Assembly (NCBI RefSeq): GCF_001194135.2
Contig: NC_068982.1
Span: 153,281,077 to 153,328,324 of the forward strand
DNA: 47,248 nt
Origin: Octopus bimaculoides
Lineage: Eukaryota
Direction of reading: 5' to 3'
The translations under genes and the position numbers were made by a program. The notes below the pieces were generated by a model. It did no database searches. It was given only the letters and a program-made list of their open reading frames with translations, and was not told where the DNA came from. Shown in pieces: positions 35,787 through 47,248 of the stretch (positions within the stretch are counted from its first letter, which is position 1; the number at the start of each line of letters is the position of its first letter).

Positions 35787-37180
35787 TTCTTTTTCAGAGT
35801 CTCTTGCAGGTGGTAAGCTCTCAGGTAAATGGAAGTAGAGAATAATATGCCAAATATAAAACGAAGTAAGCAAAGCATATGCTAAAAATTATAGACTTAT
35901 CTCTCTGACATCACACATGAGCAAATTCATGGAACGAAAAGTCCGAAGGAAATTAATTGCATTCCTTGAAGAGAATCATTTGCTGAATTACAACCAACAC
36001 GGTTTTTGACCAGATAGCAGTTGCCTGACACAACTCTCACATCACCTCAAATTTGCAAAAGCCTTTATGGTCAATCATGGTATGTCACAAACTGGGTAAT
36101 CTCATCATATTCAGAAAAAGTTGAGAGCGGCTACATGATTTTCGAAAAGATAGAAAATGGTTAGTAGCAGCAAATGGGGCTACCTCCAAGGAAATGCAAA
36201 TAATGAGCGTTGTACCACAGAGCACAATCTCGGGGCCGTTGCAATCCATAGTGCTCCTCTCAGACGTGCTCCCAACTGCTCAGATAGCCATCATTGTTAA
36301 CGATGCAGTCGATACCAAAGTCTCTCGGAGGATACTGAAAATGCTACGTATCTGCAAATAAATATACAGGTGGACTGAGGACAATAACATGCAGTTTAAT
36401 GCTAGAAAATTTCAAGAACTACACTAACAGTATACAAAGTTGAATGAAATGCTGATAGAATGACTCAGGAGGGACTGTAATACTTGAATAAAATCAGTGC
36501 GTGAACTAGGCATTGACATGAGTGATGATGCATCTTTCCAGGTGTATATTATTGATTTGGCAATAAGATACAGACGGTTGGCTACTGCTCCCAACTATGG
36601 TACCCACATTATGTAAAATTGACCATGGCAGTCGAAGTAATCCAGCGAAGTTACACAAAGATCGTTTTAATTATACTTGTCAGCAACTAAGAGAGTCTGA
36701 TAAAGTTAAGACTGCTCCCTAAAACAAAAGCGGGAACTATACATAATGATATACAACTGGAAAATCAGTCTTGGAACGACTTCTACCAAACTTTGTCAGT
36801 GGAAGTTACACAGAACAGAACGGGGCATCACTGCATAGTGTCAAATATCCTTACATTTCTATCAGGATACAGAACAAAATAGCGCAACAGCTTGGGTTTC
36901 AAGGGTCCACAACTCTTCAATATCATTTGAAACAGCCTAACAGACCTGCATAGGTGGTTGTAGGTGTCTTCAAAACAAAACTAAATTTCCTCTGGTCAAG
37001 AGTTTGGGATGAACCTACCTCACAGCAAGAAACGCAGATGAGGGCAGCAACATCAGATACCCTCATTCACGAACTGCCACATATCAGAGTATCTTTCAAG
37101 TCGTAAAAGTGTAGGAAAGCTAACGATTGCGTCCCAGCTTGGCTGCAGCTCTTGAGCTGTAACGATTAAGAGGTAAAGAA
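35783..37180 (+). mobile_element. CR1/L2-group LINE, older decayed copy with 3' UTR (related to 1600-3098)
   Basis: Nucleotide similarity to 1785-3090 (e.g. ATCTCTCTGACATCACACATGAGCAAA, ATGAGTGATGATGCATCTTTCCAGGTG, CTACTGCTCCCAACTATGG). Extends further 3' to AATAAA at about 37179, followed by (TATG)n. Confidence 0.88.
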
Positions 37181-37347
37181 TAAATGATATGTAGGCATGT
37201 TTGTATGTATGTATGTATGTATGTATGTATGTATGCATGTATGTTTGCATGTATGTATGTATGCATGTATGTATATATATAAATATATATGAATGTACAC
37301 ACACACATACGTACACACATATATTCATCAATCTATCTATCTATCAA

Positions 37348-37408
<61 letters not shown>

Positions 37409-38572
37409 NNNNNNNNNNNNNNNNNNNNNNNNNNNNNNNNNNNNNNNNNNNNNNNNNNNNNNNNNNNNNNNNNNNNNNNNNNNNNNNNNNNNNNNNNNNN
37501 NNNNNNNNNNNNNNNNNNNNNNNNNNNNNNNNNNNNNNNNNNNNNNNNNNNNNNNNNNNNNNNNNNNNNNNNNNNNNNNNNNNNNNNNNNNNNNNNNNNN
37601 NNNNNNNNNNNNNNNNNNNNNNNNNNNNNNNNNNNNNNNNNNNNNNNNNNNNNNNNNNNNNNNNNNNNNNNNNNNNNNNNNNNNNNNNNNNNNNNNNNNN
37701 NNNNNNNNNNNNNNNNNNNNNNNNNNNNNNNNNNNNNNNNNNNNNNNNNNNNNNNNNNNNNNNNNNNNNNNNNNNNNNNNNNNNNNNNNNNNNNNNNNNN
37801 NNNNNNNNNNNNNNNNNNNNNNNNNNNNNNNNNNNNNNNNNNNNNNNNNNNNNNNNNNNNNNNNNNNNNNNNNNNNNNNNNNNNNNNNNNNNNNNNNNNN
37901 NNNNNNNNNNNNNNNNNNNNNNNNNNNNNNNNNNNNNNNNNNNNNNNNNNNNNNNNNNNNNNNNNNNNNNNNNNNNNNNNNNNNNNNNNNNNNNNNNNNN
38001 NNNNNNNNNNNNNNNNNNNNNNNNNNNNNNNNNNNNNNNNNNNNNNNNNNNNNNNNNNNNNNNNNNNNNNNNNNNNNNNNNNNNNNNNNNNNNNNNNNNN
38101 NNNNNNNNNNNNNNNNNNNNNNNNNNNNNNNNNNNNNNNNNNNNNNNNNNNNNNNNNNNNNNNNNNNNNNNNNNNNNNNNNNNNNNNNNNNNNNNNNNNN
38201 NNNNNNNNNNNNNNNNNNNNNNNNNNNNNNNNNNNNNNNNNNNNNNNNNNNNNNNNNNNNNNNNNNNNNNNNNNNNNNNNNNNNNNNNNNNNNNNNNNNN
38301 NNNNNNNNNNNNNNNNNNNNNNNNNNNNNNNNNNNNNNNNNNNNNNNNNNNNNNNNNNNNNNNNNNNNNNNNNNNNNNNNNNGCAATTGGAGCGCTGGCC
38401 CTGGTATGGAGTTCCGGAATCTAAGATGGACCATTTTAAGGTGTATTGGGTATTTTTGTTTTTGAGGTGATGAATATGATTGGCTAATGTTGTAGATTTA
38501 CTGTGTTTGTCGTATCTAAAAGATATAAACTTTAAACATCGCTACGCAGCCCATATGCACTCTTTTAGATGC

Positions 38573-38794
38573 AACAGCTGTAAGACTCTATCCATAAAAT
38601 ACTTCTCCAACTTTACCTTTGCTCTCTTTATCTTTTTGTTTTTATATATTTACATATACACACGCTAATACACGACTTATAATACCCAATCCTGTTCATA
38701 CAACGACTGGGGCAAACTAGTCGGTATACAGCACTTACTCGGTATTACCTGTATCCTCCTGGGTTTGGTTAAATCCAATACCCTCCTCAACCTT
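38573..38794 (+). mobile_element. Second, 5'-truncated copy of the 12100-12400 module
   Basis: AACAGCTGTAAGA..TATCCATAAAAT..CACACGCTAATACAC..GGTATACAGCACTTACTC.GTATTACCTGTATC..GGTTAAATCCAATAC..AACCTTATATATA. Confidence 0.88.
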
Positions 38795-38802
38795 ATATAT
38801 AT

Positions 38803-38835
<33 letters not shown>

Positions 38836-39467
38836 AATTTATATAAATAAGGATAAGATCGATATTTAAAATATTGATTTTATCAAGTGGCCAGCATGGG
38901 AATAAAAACCATCAAAGGTAACAATTATTTTAAATTACAATATAGGGTATCTCTTATAAATTATTATTTTCAATCTTTAAAAATTTTAAAGGATTTCTTA
39001 TTAGGNNNNNNNNNNNNNNNNNNNNNNNNNNNNNNNNNNNNNNNNNNNNNNNNNNNNNNNNNNNNNNNNNNNNNNNNNNNNNNNNNNNNNNNNNNNNNNN
39101 NNNNNNNNNNNNNNNNNNNNNNNNNNNNNNNNNNNNNNNNNNNNNNNNNNNNNNNNNNNNNNNNNNNNNNNNNNNNNNNNNNNNNNNNNNNNNNNNNNNN
39201 NNNNNNNNNNNNNNNNNNNNNNNNNNNNNNNNNNNNNNNNNNNNNNNNNNNNNNNNNNNNNNNNNNNNNNNNNNNNNNNNNNNNNNNNNNNNNNNNNNNN
39301 NNNNNNNNNNNNNNNNNNNNNNNNNATAAGATATATTATAAATTATTATTTTCAATCTTTAAAAATTTTAAAGGATTTCTTATTAGGTCAAAACAATATC
39401 AGAAAGACAAATTTATAAACACAAAAAAGTCGTCTTCATGCAGTTGGTAATTAGAAAATAAAATCCA

Positions 39468-39691
39468 AGGTAGCGAGCTGGCAGAAACGTTAGTGCTCCG
39501 GGCGAAATGCTTAGCGGTATTCGTCTGCCGTTACGTTTTGAGTTCAAATTCCGCCGAGGTCGACTTTGTCTTTCATCTTTCGGGGTCGATAAATTAAGTA
39601 CCAGTTATGCACTAGGGTCGATGTAATCGATTTAATCTCTTTGTCTGTCCGTGTTTGTCCCCTCTATGTTTAGCCCCTTGTGGGCAATAAA
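39468..39691 (+). mobile_element. tRNA-derived SINE, family A, best-preserved copy
   Basis: A-box-like TGGCAGAAACGTTAG; B-box-like GAGTTCAAATTCC; body GTCGACTTTGTCTTTCATC..GGGGTCGATAAATTAAGTACCAG; ends AATAAA. Confidence 0.92.
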
Positions 39692-41119
39692 TGGATAAGA
39701 AAAGAAAATCCATTTATTATGGAGTAAGGGCTGTATCCTAAATTTTAGAAAAACAGTATTAGGTAAGGTGCAACATCTCTGGGTTAAAGATTATTTCCGG
39801 AAGACTGAAATTATATTGAAGAGCATTTATTTTTATTTATTAATTAATCAAGAAAAAACCCAGGATTTTGAGTTAGTATATACAAAAATTACATATAAAG
39901 GCACAATGCGTATACATACATGGATATACATATTTATATACATAAATATACGTGTGCGCGTTTGCGTATATACACGAAGCTGGTGTTCGTGACTGTTACA
40001 CAGCTTATATAATACATGCACACGCATATGTTCCTACATTCCTTCATGCATATTACTTTTCCTATAGATGAATGTGATACGCCATATCTATGTAATATTT
40101 ACTCATACATGTACACCTTGATTTATACATATGTCTAAGTATATGTGTGCATATCTGTGTCTATTAATTTTCTAGGTGTGCTGTGATATAACTGTTTCTT
40201 TCACATTCAGCTGATTTTCTTTATGGACGTACTCACCAAAGGGGAATTCCTTTTATGGTATTTACAATATAAAAGCTCTGATAAAATTAGTTGACCTGGT
40301 AGCCAATACACGTCCGTTCATTGAACACATTGATCCGAATAATATTATTTTCGATAAAGAAGGATTTTTCTGATTCTAGTTAGATGAATATTTCTTGTAT
40401 AATGGTGTTACCTGTTTCTTGTGTTTTATAGTAAACCTAGTTCTAATCCAACATCAGTCTCATCAGTATGGCTTCGATCCAACTGTTTTCGTCACTGTTT
40501 ATTTGGCTCTACCGAGTTAGAAGTTGTCAGGGATATGTTTGTAGGCATAGTCAGTTATCATAATTTTATTTCATATGATTATCACCTGCAATATCCTTAA
40601 CACATTCGTTTCATGACATTCATACTTCGGAAAGAAATATCTTGCTTCCTTACAATCTTATGATGAACTTCACTACAAAACCAGGAATACTTTTTGGAAG
40701 CAAAAATTCAATTGAAGAAACTCACAAACAGAAAAGGCTATTACAAACGGAACATACTAAAGGAATTAAATTATCTACTTGACTACTGATTTAGAGTCAG
40801 TAGATATCGTTTCTGCATTAGAGATCTTTTCTTCCATATTAACTTGTGATGGTTATATATCCACATAGTTTCGATCTTTGCCCTTGAATCCATTCACATG
40901 AATTGTTGTCAGGTATGCGTTTCTAGTAATAACTTCAAGTTCAACATGAAAATCTCATCATAATTTTTATTTAAAACAACACTTGCACAGATGTCAGTCA
41001 TGCTTGATTATTTCCTGTTAGAACGTCATTGTATCGTTGGAAAGTGTTTCACAAGATATATCTTTGAATATTCCGCTCTGAGTTCAAAGACAGTCAAAGT
41101 CAGTTTTACCTTTCATCAT

Positions 41120-41745
41120 TTTAGGATTGATAAAAATTACGTGTACTGGATGTTGGACGGGCAAAACTTGCAGAGGGGAAACGCTATCTACGTAAACCTA
41201 AAAAATGATTTAAGGACTACTATGAAGTCACTTGGAATGGTTCCAGAAGATATAGAAACCCTTGCTTCGGATCGAGTTGGATGACGAACAGAGATGTGGA
41301 GTGGAGTGAAAGCATTTGAAAAGGCCAGGAAAACGCAAGTAAGACTCAAAAGAGATCTAAGGAACATTGTAACGTTCTAGAAGGTAAATGACAATGAGCT
41401 TTTTGTGTGTACAGTTGTGACAGACGATTCCTGTCTTTTTCTGTCCTCAAATCCCATCTGCGAACGTATGAAAAACGAACCTCCACCGGCTATTCTGCCT
41501 GTATGTCTGTGCACACCGTTGAATGCAGTGTATGCCAGAAGGTTTACAAATCTAATGGAGGCGTCAGAAGACATTTTAAGATCCACAAAGAGCAGAATTT
41601 ATCTGCAGGTCTAGGTGCAATGTATGTGGGTTTCTTTTCAGAAAATTGTCTGGTTTAAAAAGCCACATCAGACACTATGATGGTGCTAAGGTGTAGGTAC
41701 AGGAGGTGGTCAAACTCTGTATAAAGAGTAGATAACCACCATGTA
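41120..41745 (+). mobile_element. RTE-clade LINE 3' end with three C2H2-like zinc fingers and an (ATGT)n tail
   Basis: NDLRTTMKSLGM..IETLASDRVG*R..GVKAFEKAR..KR; CTV(fs)CDRRFLSFSVLKSHLR; CSVCQKVYKSNGGVRRHFKIH; CNVCGFLFRKLSGLKSHIRH. Stop at 41694-41696, short UTR, then (ATGT)n. Confidence 0.85.
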
Positions 41746-42277
41746 TGTATGTATGGAAGTATATATGTATGTATGTATGTATGTATACATGTATATATGT
41801 ATGTATATATGAATGTATGTATGTATGTATTTACGCACGTACGTACGTGTGCGTGAGGGCATGTGTATGTATATATGTACGTATGGAGGTGTGTATGAAA
41901 GCATTATTTATATTTCTATGCATTAATATGTCTCGCTGTTGCTTAACACTAAAACAATCAAAAGCTGTGATGGAATATGTTCCCTCTCGTCCAGTCGATT
42001 TTTATGAGCAATTTTGTATTGGAATCTTGCGATTCTGCAAGAAATTTTTTTAATTTTAGAGTATATTTTGAAGAACTATTTCTAGCAGTTTCAGTAAAAC
42101 CATTTTGTTATCTCCATCGGCTAGAACGGCACATATTTGATATTTGAGAAAACAGAAGTAGCTACAAGCCAAACGCCTAACATTTACATAGTCGTGCGTA
42201 ACGAATAACGCACCATAGAAAAACATGATTACAGTGATTGAAGAAAGCTAGTTTGATGTCAGTTTCAGAATGGAAAT

Positions 42278-42470
42278 AGGCTGCGAGCTAGTAGAATCGT
42301 TAATACGCCTGCAAAATGCTTAGCTGCATTCCGTTTGCCTTCACGTTGTGATTTCAAATTCTGCTAAAGCTGACTTTCAACGTTTCGGTATCCATAAGTA
42401 CAAGTTGAACACTGGGGTTGATGTAATCTACTGAGCCCTCCCCACGAAATTGTGCCAAAATTTTAAATCA
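42278..42470 (+). mobile_element. tRNA-derived SINE, family A, highly decayed
   Basis: GGCTGCGAGCTAGTAGAATCGTTA..AAATGCTTAGC..TTCAAATTC..ACTGGGGTTGATGTAATC aligns to 39468-39630. Confidence 0.75.
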
Positions 42471-42703
42471 ATATTAGAAAGCAAAAATATGACGTACTAT
42501 ACATCTTGGAATGGATATGCTAAAAACCGAGCATTTCTTTTGTACAATCACTTGCTGAGTCAAAACTTAAAACATAATAAAAAATAGGTTAGTTAATAGT
42601 CATTGCTCCCTCATTGTCATATCATTTTAGAATGGATGTACTTTTTCTTTGTAACTGGAGAGAATTTAAATTATATACACGTACAATTGTACCTCCCCAA
42701 ACG

Positions 42704-43926
42704 CAATGCTGCATACTCCTCTATTATAAAGTGTTGTGCATAGTGGTGCAATAGATACTTACCAAAAATCCTGAAATGTCATAAGAGTTATGATTAATGA
42801 ATGTATAATATATTACTGATTGTCGTTTAACTTAGATATGCCGTGATGCAGGAGAAGTTTCTAATCCTATGCTATAAAGATTCCACTCCTTAGCATCGTA
42901 CTTCATATTGGCGATCACATTGTTTATTCAGCCATTGTTAAAGATATAGACTAGAATTTGCAGCTGGTCGAGTGACTATGAAGATGTTCTCTTGTTTGTT
43001 AGCGAATATGATACTGTACTTTGTATATATTATATTATTTTGTCACATTGAATCATTCTTATCAAACTTTGTGAGAAGGAGCTTTGTCGAAACAAAGTCA
43101 ATATATTCACAGACGCATTTAAGCCGGCAGCTATATTGGCTGGGCAATGTATTGACGCTTCGACGTGAAAATAAATAAGAAGTCGTAAAATGACATATCA
43201 ATCACAATACATGACTATTAGCCACAAGTATTTGAGACAAAGAGATGAAGAGAAACCGTCAAGTTATAGATGTAAAACACTGAATTTTTTTCTTTCTTCT
43301 GGCCAAAAGATTACCGATAAAAATTAGAGTACTAAGTATGATAAAAATATGAATAAATCATACAAATCTTAGTACTTGAAACACTGCAGCTCGTGGTCCC
43401 AAAAAATCACCGTACACAGCTCACCTTACACACTATGAACGACACGCACAGTTCAATAGCAATTCAATAGCAACACAAGCGGTACACATCATACATACAC
43501 TGAAAACATACCTAGGAAAATCAGCGTCTAATAAATTAGCACAACATATATTTTTATAAAATCAATACCTGACATAAACAATTAACACAACTCATATCCT
43601 GTATAGTGGCCGCCTATTAATATCAGCTACCAACGCAACGCACACCGTTTACTATCCACGTGCAACAGTAAAACACAAGATGCCACCACACACAAACGTA
43701 CCACAAAGATCATCCTCACAATAAGACAATACATAATGCATATTTACTACACAGCACATTTTATATTACAATATCAGGAACAACAAAGTAAATCAGACAA
43801 CAAAACAGAAGTTATATTATACACAACGACTATTCTGCATTCCTAATATTCAATGCTGAACACCCCTGAAGAATAAAGTGTAGCACATAGTGATGCAATA
43901 GATACTCACAGAAAACTCCTTAAATG
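42704..43926 (+). repeat. Pair of ~75-bp diverged direct repeats (42704-42778 and 43851-43926)
   Basis: Both read CAATGCTG.A.AC.CCT......ATAAAGTGT....CATAGTG.TGCAATAGATACT.AC. Confidence 0.75.
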
Positions 43927-44242
43927 AGATAACAATAATAGTAATAATAATAAAACTGATAATAATCTTATCTATGAATTCTTCTTATCATTATAATTAC
44001 TTCAAAAAATTGCCATGCAACATAAAAATATCCTTCACTGAATGTCAGTGTGGCCAATTATATTAGAGTCGATCAATCGATTATAAGCAAGGAACAATCA
44101 AAACCTATATCGATCATATAACATGTTGTTTCTGAGTCAGTACGTATAACGTAAGAGAGTGGAGATTTTCTCGCACACTACGATTGATCTGAAATACAAT
44201 ATTGTTATAAAAACCTATTGACATTCGACAGATATTTTACAG

Positions 44243-44370
44243 TGATTATGGAGACACTTATGGCCTACCTTCGCAGTACATTAATGTCAAATCGCTCGAA
44301 ACAACATCAAATACAAAATTCAATGTTTTTATAGACAAAATTCATCTACCCTTTCATATAACTCTATCGG
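44243..44370 (+). other. Candidate 128-bp coding exon of an unidentified gene
   Basis: Acceptor ATATTTTACAG (AG at 44241-44242); donor G|GTATGT at 44371; open frame DYGDTYGLPSQYINVKSLETTSNTKFNVFIDKIHLPFHITLS. No family recognised, and the donor may be a microsatellite edge. Confidence 0.28.
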
Positions 44371-44438
44371 GTATGTATATCTATATATTTATCTATCTCC
44401 TTATCTTTATTTCTTCCCTTCTCACTCTCTGTAACACA

Positions 44439-44510
<72 letters not shown>

Positions 44511-46310
44511 NNNNNNNNNNNNNNNNNNNNNNNNNNNNNNNNNNNNNNNNNNNNNNNNNNNNNNNNNNNNNNNNNNNNNNNNNNNNNNNNNNNNNNNNNN
44601 NNNNNNNNNNNNNNNNNNNNNNNNNNNNNNNNNNNNNNNNNNNNNNNNNNNNNNNNNNNNNNNNNNNNNNNNNNNNNNNNNNNNNNNNNNNNNNNNNNNN
44701 NNNNNNNNNNNNNNNNNNNNNNNNNNNNNNNNNNNNNNNNNNNNNNNNNNNNNNNNNNNNNNNNNNNNNNNNNNNNNNNNNNNNNNNNNNNNNNNNNNNN
44801 NNNNNNNNNNNNNNNNNNNNNNNNNNNNNNNNNNNNNNNNNNNNNNNNNNNNNNNNNNNNNNNNNNNNNNNNNNNNNNNNNNNNNNNNNNNNNNNNNNNN
44901 NNNNNNNNNNNNNNNNNNNNNNNNNNNNNNNNNNNNNNNNNNNNNNNNNNNNNNNNNNNNNNNNNNNNNNNNNNNNNNNNNNNNNNNNNNNNNNNNNNNN
45001 NNNNNNNNNNNNNNNNNNNNNNNNNNNNNNNNNNNNNNNNNNNNNNNNNNNNNNNNNNNNNNNNNNNNNNNNNNNNNNNNNNNNNNNNNNNNNNNNNNNN
45101 NNNNNNNATATATATATGTATGTATATGTGTGTGTGTGTGTGTACGTGTGTGTGTGTGTGCGCGCGCGCGTGTGTGTGTGCATATATATATATACATATG
45201 TATATATGCTTTCATATATATAATTGCATATAGATATATACACAAAGAGAAGTCCTATAACAGGACTCCTTGCAGTTAAACCCGACCACGAAAAAATTAT
45301 TTTAAAGGCACACCGATAAAGCACTAGAATGAATGGAATTATTATTTTTAGTTAATTCCAAACTCGAGTTTCCCTATTAATGAGCAAATAAATTAATTTG
45401 TCATCCGTAGTTCGTCGATGGGATTGCTGAAAGAATACATAATTATGTAGCAATAATACGTACCGAAACAAACACGCGCGAGCTACATCCTTATAATATT
45501 AGGGATCTAGATCAAGCATGCAGGCTCATTTACATAGCCAGCAGCAAATAACGTGTAAAAATTGCGTGCTATAAGCCTCAGAATTCGGAAGTTTTACTGT
45601 GTAAATCATAAGGGTAAAAAATTAGAATAATTTATTACCAGTGGATCGCATACGTAATAAAAGTCATAAGACAACCTATTTTCAAATATAAGAGTGCATA
45701 TATATATATATATATATATANNNNNNNNNNNNNNNNNNNNNNNNNNNNNNNNNNNNNNNNNNNNNNNNNNNNNNNNNNNNNNNNNNNNNNNNNNNNNNNN
45801 NNNNNNNNNNNNNNNNNNNNNNNNNNNNNNNNNNNNNNNNNNNNNNNNNNNNNNNNNNNNNNNNNNNNNNNNNNNNNNNNNNNNNNNNNNNNNNNNNNNN
45901 NNNNNNNNNNNNNNNNNNNNNNNNNNNNNNNNNNNNNNNNNNNNNNNNNNNNNNNNNNNNNNNNNNNNNNNNNNNNNNNNNNNNNNNNNNNNNNNNNNNN
46001 NNNNNNNNNNNNNNNNNNNNNNNNNNNNNNNNNNNNNNNNNNNNNNNNNNNNNNNNNNNNNNNNNNNNNNNNNNNNNNNNNNNNNNNNNNNNNNNNNNNN
46101 NNNNNNNNNNNNNNNNNNNNNNNNNNNNNNNNNNNNNNNNNNNNNNNNNNNNNNNNNNNNNNNNNNNNNNNNNNNNNNNNNNNNNNNNNNNNNNNNNNNN
46201 NNNNNNNNNNNNNNNNNNNNNNNNNNNNNNNNNNNNNNNNNNNNNNNNNNNNNNNNNNNNNNNNNNNNNNNNNNNNNNNNNNNNNNNNNNNNNNNNNNNN
46301 NNNNNGGGTT

Positions 46311-46358
46311 GTGAGGGACGGGGATTGGTGAGGGACGGGGATTGGTGAGGGACGGGGA
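46311..46358. repeat. 17-bp G-rich minisatellite (GTGAGGGACGGGGATTG), about 2.8 copies next to a gap
   Basis: Units start at 46311, 46328 and 46345. Confidence 0.9.
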
Positions 46359-47010
46359 GCGTATCAAGGAGGGAGAGAGGTAGGGGAAGAGTTGGGGTAG
46401 TGGCATCGGGTGTGATGGAATGGAGGAGAGACTGGAGTTTATGTTCTTTGGTGTGAGCGAGAAATTGATGTAAGAGATGATTTTAAATAAATTATGTAAC
46501 GTAAAGTAGTGTTCGCATAGAAAGGCGACTGAAAAGAGAAAGGCAATAAAGATGTCAGGAGGAAAAATTCAAGAGGTGGGAGGAGAAAAAATGCAAAAGA
46601 TGTGAGGAGAAAAAATACAAGAGGTGGGAGGAGAAGATAAAATAAAAATAAGGAGAGAAAGAAGGAGGAAGAAGGAAGAAGAGAAGATAAAAAGGAAAAA
46701 GAAAGGGAGGGCGAGAGAGGCAAGGTAACAAGTGCAGACTGAGAGAAATGACAATAGGAAAAGGCAGAAAGTACAAAAATATATAGAAAAGTTCAAAAGG
46801 TTCAAACGTCGTGGTGTATTGGAGCGATTTCTCATCAAAGGAAGAGTCCAGTGTAATCCATGGGTATGAGAGGTACAGCCGAAGTGTAGGAGTTCAGGTG
46901 TAGGAGAGTAGAAGAAAGCCCAGGTAGAGAATCCAGGTAGAATAGTCCAAGAAATGTTCAAGTGGAGGTGGAGACAGGATAAAACTGTTGCGACCACGTG
47001 AGCGTGTAAT

Positions 47011-47124
47011 ATATAGTGAGAATTTACAAAAAAAAAAAAAAAAGACGAAGACAGGTGTGTAAACAACAAACAGATGTATTAGTTTAATGCTCGGGAAGTG
47101 AGAAAGTCTTTTACGTTTCGAGCC
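47011..47124 (-). mobile_element. pLTR-like module with the 3' half of a hammerhead motif
   Basis: Minus strand GGCTC GAAA CGTA AAAGAC..TTCCCGAGC; homologous to 33435-33536; the 5' core is replaced by (TA)-rich sequence. Confidence 0.75.
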
Positions 47125-47248
47125 TGTATATATATATGTACAATATAGGCATATGTTTATATACATATACTTATGTGTATATATATTTCCATACATTTAT
47201 ATACACATGTACATATATGTGGATATATATACATACATATATATATAT

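Noticed and set aside
37201-38470. Long ORFs of 250-400 aa here and at 2979-3991, 14301-15152 and 44373-46406
   Set aside because: They consist of N-gap X residues plus microsatellite translations.
39468-39560. tRNA gene
   Set aside because: The A/B boxes belong to a SINE head that continues into a shared SINE body; no cloverleaf is evident.
6464-42470. Oppositely oriented SINE A copies as dsRNA partners
   Set aside because: The nearest inverted pair is about 24 kb apart and diverged, so pairing is unlikely.
43865-43900. CTGAAGA core as another hammerhead
   Set aside because: No stem II-GAAA-stem III follows. Similar isolated cores near 6807, 8066 and 24047 also fail.
1-47248. CRISPR arrays, rRNA, or prokaryotic/viral gene systems
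   Set aside because: No regular repeat-spacer arrays, rRNA-like sequence or gene-dense operon structure; the window is eukaryotic repeat-rich DNA.

Overview
AT-rich, microsatellite-dense eukaryotic DNA from a gappy short-read scaffold (16 N-runs, most next to simple repeats). The tRNA-derived SINE families and repeat texture look like a cephalopod (Octopus-like) genome; this is inference from recalled repeat sequences, not a search. No intact protein-coding gene can be supported, and most long ORFs in the track are translated microsatellites or N-runs. The window is mainly decayed transposons: two RT fragments and one endonuclease fragment of CR1-group LINEs, two R4/Dong-type fragments, a Tx1/L1 RT fragment, an RTE 3' end with three C2H2-like fingers, several Penelope-like (PLE) fragments, five or more Tc1/mariner pieces, and two SINE families. 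The most notable signal is a set of small type I hammerhead-ribozyme-like motifs with palindromic stem III. The best is at 18041-18141, inside a ~30 bp extended stem I; others are at 12148-12194, 27873-27907, 5822-5860 (degenerate) and 47108-47124 (half motif). Three unrelated copies carry the same non-canonical core CCGANGA (U4C). A decayed PLE at 23660-25185 is also bracketed by ~250-280 bp inverted repeats. Two possible host exons (17453-17537, 44243-44370) are weakly supported. Coordinates of decayed elements are approximate.
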